A stretch of 64,000 nt of DNA, from positions 37,105 through 101,104 of the forward strand of contig JAJYMK010000003.1 of the NCBI GenBank assembly GCA_021786945.1, read 5' to 3'. The stretch is from a bacterium (GTDB taxonomy: Bacteria > Patescibacteriota > Minisyncoccia > UBA6257 > 02-FULL-45-10c). The translations under genes were made by a program, and so were the position numbers. Below the pieces are notes generated by a model. That model did no database searches and had not been told where the DNA came from. It worked only from the letters and a program-made list of their open reading frames with translations. Numbering within the stretch: the stretch's first letter is position 1; every line of letters starts with the position of its first letter. This document shows, one piece after another, positions 60,373 to 64,000 of the stretch.

Positions 60373-63300
60373 ATGAAAAAAGATAATCTTTCGCAAAAAC
60401 TAATAAATATAATTAAGAATATGCCGGAGGCGGTTGCCATTTATGAGGCTATAGATGGCGGCGGAAACTTTATTATTAAGTATTTTAATAAATCGGCTGA
60501 GAAGATTGAGGGTGTAAGAGCGAGCAATATAATAAACAGAAAAATTACCGCTGTTTTTCCGGGAGTTAAAAAATTCGGGATTCTTGCCGTTTTAAGAAGG
60601 GTTTATAAAACAGGAAAATCGGAAAGATTCCCATTGGCTTTCTATAGGGATAAAAAAATTTCCGGATGGAGGGATAACTATATATTTAAATTATCTTCTG
60701 GAGACGTCGCTGTTTTTTATACAGATGAAACCAAAAACAAACAATACGAAGAGGAGTTGCTTCGAAATCAAGAAAAATTATCCATTACTCTAAAAAGTAT
60801 CGGTGATGCCGTTATAGTTACGGACGAAAAAGGAAGAATTGTTTTATTAAATGAAATTGCTCAGAAAATTACTGGCTGGTCAGAGAAGTGTGCGGTTGGA
60901 AGGCTATTAAAAGAAATTTTTGTAATTTTTAACGAGAAAACGGGTGAGGCTGTTTTAGATCCGGTAGTTAGGGTTATAAAAACCGGGAAAATAATCGGTT
61001 TAGGAAATCATACAGTATTGATCAATAAGGGGGGTGAAAGAATATTAATAGAAGATAGCGCATCTCCAATAAAAAATACCGACGGGAAAATAATGGGAGT
61101 GGTTTTGGTTTTTCGCGATGTAACAAAAAAAAGAGAGTTGGATAAAAAATTAATTAAAACCTCCAAGACTTTAGAGACGGTTAGTAAGTGCAACAAGGCT
61201 TTGGTCCGCGCTAAAGACGAAAAAGAGCTTCTAAATAAAATCTGCAAAATAATTGTTGATTCAGGTGAATATAATTTTGCTTGGATTGGATATGCGCAAA
61301 ACGATAAGGATAAATCCGTAAGTCCGGTGGCTGAGGCGGGATTTGAAAGAGGTTATCTTGAGTCTGCTAAGATTGTTTGGTCTGATACTTTGCGGGGACG
61401 CGGTCCAACGGGAACTGCGATTAGAACCGGCAAGGTGGTTGTGTGTAGGGATATTTTGCATGACCGGAAGTTTGCCCCCTGGAGAAAGGCTGCTATAAAA
61501 CAAGGTTATGCATCAAGTATTAGTCTCCCTATATTTATTGATGATTTGGTGGGAGTGGTTAATGTATACTCGCCGGATTTGAATGTTTTTAACAATGAAG
61601 AAATAAATTTATTAAAACAGCTTGCCGCTGATTTATCCTTTGGAATCAAAAGCTTGAGATGGTCATTGAAGTTAAAAGAAAATGAAGAAAAATATTTGTC
61701 ATTATATGACAATGCGGTTGATGCAATTTTTATAGCAGATCCTATTACTAAAAAATTGATAAATTGCAATAAAGCAGCTGAAAAATTATTGGGTTGTTCC
61801 CGAAAAGAAATTTTATCGATGAGAGCGGAAGAGCTTCATCCTAAAAATTTAGTAACCGAAACGATGGCTGGTTTTAATAGGCAAGTAAAAGGAAGGCTTG
61901 AGCAAGTTTTTTCTGAGATTTTAACTAAAAATAATAGAAGGGTTCCGGTTTCTATAAATTCTTCAATAATTAATATTGGTGGAAAAAAATACCTCCAAGG
62001 TATTTTTAGGGATATTACCAAACAAAAATATATTGAAAAAAAATTAAAGGAAAGTGAAGAAAGATATAAAACTATAGTTGATAATGTAAATGATGCTTTT
62101 TATCTTCATGACTTTAAAGGAAAGATTTTGGATGTTAATAAGAATGCCTGCAGGATGACCGGATATAGTTGCAGCGAATTGATTGGAAAAAATGCTGCTA
62201 TTATAGATGCGCCCGATGAGGCTAAATTTATTCCTAAAAGAATAAGAAAGGTTTTGAAGTTGGGTAAATTTGTATTTGAAAGTAAACATAGAAAAAAAGA
62301 CGGGACTATTTTTTGGGTTAGCGTTAGCGCTAAGCTGGTTTCAAAAAATAATGGCGGTATTATAGAGTCTTTTGTTCGTGATATTTCGGAGAAGAAGACT
62401 CATGAATTAAGATTAAGGGAAAGCGAAGAAAGATACAGGAATTTAATTTCCAATCTGCCGAAGACTGAGTATGTCTTGGTGCATAGAAATGGAAAGCTAA
62501 TTTGGATAAACAAAAATGTCCCGGTATTTTTAGGCCTTTCTAAGGAAAAAATAATAGGAACTCAAGTTTTGAATTATGTAGAAAAAGACTACCATGACGT
62601 CGTTTTAAATAGTATTAAAATGAGAAGTGCCGGGAAAAAGGTTGGCGAGTATGAAATAAAAGTAGTAAACAAATTTGGAGAAGACATTGATGTTAGAGTA
62701 AGGGGATCAGATATTGATTATGAGGGTGAGAAGGCAACCTTATTGGTTCTTTCGGATATTTCAGATCACAAAAAGACCGAAAAAATTATTGAAGAAAGCG
62801 AGGAGCGATATAGGATAATTGCCGAACAAACCGGGGAATTGATTTATGACTATAATTTATTGACCGGACACATAAAATGGAATGGACCGATTAAAAAAGT
62901 TGTAGGCTATACGGATAAAGAATTTGAATCCTTTGATATTAAAGCTTGGGAGAGGGCTATAAAACCCAGTGATAGATCTCGGGTAGTTAAAGCACTTGAT
63001 ATTTGTAAGAAAAATAAAACGATTTTTGAAGTTGTTTATGGTTTTAAAAATAAAAAAGGTAATTTTATTGATGTCCAGGATCGGGGGGTTTTTCTTTATG
63101 ATCAAAATGGCCGGGCTTATAGAATGCTTGGTGCGATGTCGAATATAAGTGACGTGATAAAAAAAGACAGGGAGCTGGAGAGGGCAAATACGGATTTGGT
63201 TAAATTTAAATTGGCCGTTGATAATGCTTCGGACGATATACTTATAACCGACTCGAGAGGTGTTATTTTATATGCCAATTCCGCAATTCAAAAAACAAAC

Positions 63301-63663
63301 GGATATTCTTTAAAGGAAATAATCGGTAAAACTCCGGCGATTTGGGGCAGGCAAATGCCGCCGGAATTTTATGAAAATTTTTGGAAAACGATTTTTCTTG
63401 ATAAGCAATCTTTCGTGGGCGAGATGGTAAACAAAAGAAAAAATGGCGCTTTGTATAACGCGGAGGTAAAGGTTTCGCCTATACTGAACAATAAAAACGA
63501 AGTTGAATTTTTTGTAGGTATTCAAAGAGATATTACCAGGCTTAAGGAAATAGATAGGGCGAAGTCTGAGTTTGTTTCCGTAGCTTCGCATCAACTGAAA
63601 ACTCCTTTGTCGGGAATAAGTGGGTTATGGAATCCATATTACAAAATAAAGAAAATAATCTGA
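60373..63663 (+). CDS. Multi-PAS/GAF sensor histidine kinase, reading frame broken near 63616-63620
   Basis: Several PAS modules, a GAF-like region, and H-box FVSVASHQLKTPLSGI. The ORF then ends in an out-of-frame tail. Confidence 0.8.
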   Translation: MKKDNLSQKLINIIKNMPEAVAIYEAIDGGGNFIIKYFNKSAEKIEGVRASNIINRKITAVFPGVKKFGILAVLRRVYKTGKSERFPLAFYRDKKISGWRDNYIFKLSSGDVAVFYTDETKNKQYEEELLRNQEKLSITLKSIGDAVIVTDEKGRIVLLNEIAQKITGWSEKCAVGRLLKEIFVIFNEKTGEAVLDPVVRVIKTGKIIGLGNHTVLINKGGERILIEDSASPIKNTDGKIMGVVLVFRDVTKKRELDKKLIKTSKTLETVSKCNKALVRAKDEKELLNKICKIIVDSGEYNFAWIGYAQNDKDKSVSPVAEAGFERGYLESAKIVWSDTLRGRGPTGTAIRTGKVVVCRDILHDRKFAPWRKAAIKQGYASSISLPIFIDDLVGVVNVYSPDLNVFNNEEINLLKQLAADLSFGIKSLRWSLKLKENEEKYLSLYDNAVDAIFIADPITKKLINCNKAAEKLLGCSRKEILSMRAEELHPKNLVTETMAGFNRQVKGRLEQVFSEILTKNNRRVPVSINSSIINIGGKKYLQGIFRDITKQKYIEKKLKESEERYKTIVDNVNDAFYLHDFKGKILDVNKNACRMTGYSCSELIGKNAAIIDAPDEAKFIPKRIRKVLKLGKFVFESKHRKKDGTIFWVSVSAKLVSKNNGGIIESFVRDISEKKTHELRLRESEERYRNLISNLPKTEYVLVHRNGKLIWINKNVPVFLGLSKEKIIGTQVLNYVEKDYHDVVLNSIKMRSAGKKVGEYEIKVVNKFGEDIDVRVRGSDIDYEGEKATLLVLSDISDHKKTEKIIEESEERYRIIAEQTGELIYDYNLLTGHIKWNGPIKKVVGYTDKEFESFDIKAWERAIKPSDRSRVVKALDICKKNKTIFEVVYGFKNKKGNFIDVQDRGVFLYDQNGRAYRMLGAMSNISDVIKKDRELERANTDLVKFKLAVDNASDDILITDSRGVILYANSAIQKTNGYSLKEIIGKTPAIWGRQMPPEFYENFWKTIFLDKQSFVGEMVNKRKNGALYNAEVKVSPILNNKNEVEFFVGIQRDITRLKEIDRAKSEFVSVASHQLKTPLSGISGLWNPYYKIKKII

Positions 63664-64000
63664 GTGATAAGCAGCTTTCTGAAATGAAAGATGTTTATGA
63701 AAATAATGAAAGAATGATTGGGCTAGTTAATGATTTATTGAATATTTCCAGAATTGATTCCGGAAAATCCACATTGCTTAATTTGGCAAAGATTGAAATA
63801 GCTTCGTTGATTGAAAGAGCTATTAAAAATTTAAATTCTTTTGCCGAGGAAAGAGGCGTTAAAATTATTTTTAATAATCGTTTGCCATCCGGCTTTGCAT
63901 TAGGTATCGATGATGACAAGATTTATCAGGCGGTATTAAATCTTATAGCCAATTCCATCAAATACTCAAAGCCGGAAAACGGATTTTCGGAAATTACGGC
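63621..64000 (+). CDS. Continuation of the same kinase in the -1 frame (HisKA helix 2 and the start of HATPase_c), partial at the window end
   Basis: The -1 frame reads WVMESILQNKENNLSDKQLSEMKDVYENNERMIGLVNDLLNISRIDSGK...NLIANSIKYSKPENG. This parallels the upstream kinase (IKWLTEILLKNREHNLTEKQ...). Confidence 0.7.

Overview
This ~64 kb window is low-GC (~33%) and tightly packed, mostly on the + strand. Its style fits a reduced-genome Candidate Phyla Radiation / Patescibacteria-like bacterium, but that is inference from gene content and gene shortening, not classification. It opens with a 5'-truncated 16S rRNA gene (1..~1205). No tRNA or 23S follows it, and its 3' end reads GGATCA-TTTTATTT, so the anti-Shine-Dalgarno CCUCCUU is missing. 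The first 16 kb is a large type IV pilus (T4P) locus. It holds a CheY-like receiver, three tandem major-pilin paralogs, the PilB ATPase, the PilC platform protein, and a 1248-aa prepilin-type giant protein built from fibronectin type III (FN3) repeats and Cys-containing lectin-like modules. It also holds a LamG-domain pseudopilin, a secreted repeat protein, a PilX-like minor pilin and a PilM-PilN fusion. Housekeeping genes follow: pth, lepB, hisS, a HIT protein, rpsU, yqeY, ybeY, ftsA, ftsZ and a class II ribonucleotide reductase with an ATP-cone. After these comes a minus-strand block of secreted or unknown proteins. A ~0.9 kb stretch at ~45% GC sits near a tRNA-Asn and carries a textbook sigma70 promoter, a Shine-Dalgarno sequence and a terminator. 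A bacteriohemerythrin gene is followed by PiT and a DUF47 regulator, then an in-frame fusion of an Smr nuclease domain to a pilin-LamG protein, then ZnuABC. A ~375-bp hairpin-rich noncoding region precedes uvrB-uvrA-(CYTH)-uvrC. Small metabolic and membrane genes and a P-type ATPase follow, and the window ends in a run of PAS/GAF sensor kinase genes, the last carrying a -1 frameshift near the window end. Many genes carry an extended -10 motif TGTTATAATTAAATT only ~7 nt before the ATG and have no Shine-Dalgarno, which suggests leaderless mRNAs. The items that most deserve a second look are the giant lectin-decorated pilin with a perfect 234-bp internal duplication, the Smr-pilin fusion, the structured RNA-like region before uvrB, and the missing anti-SD combined with leaderless promoters.
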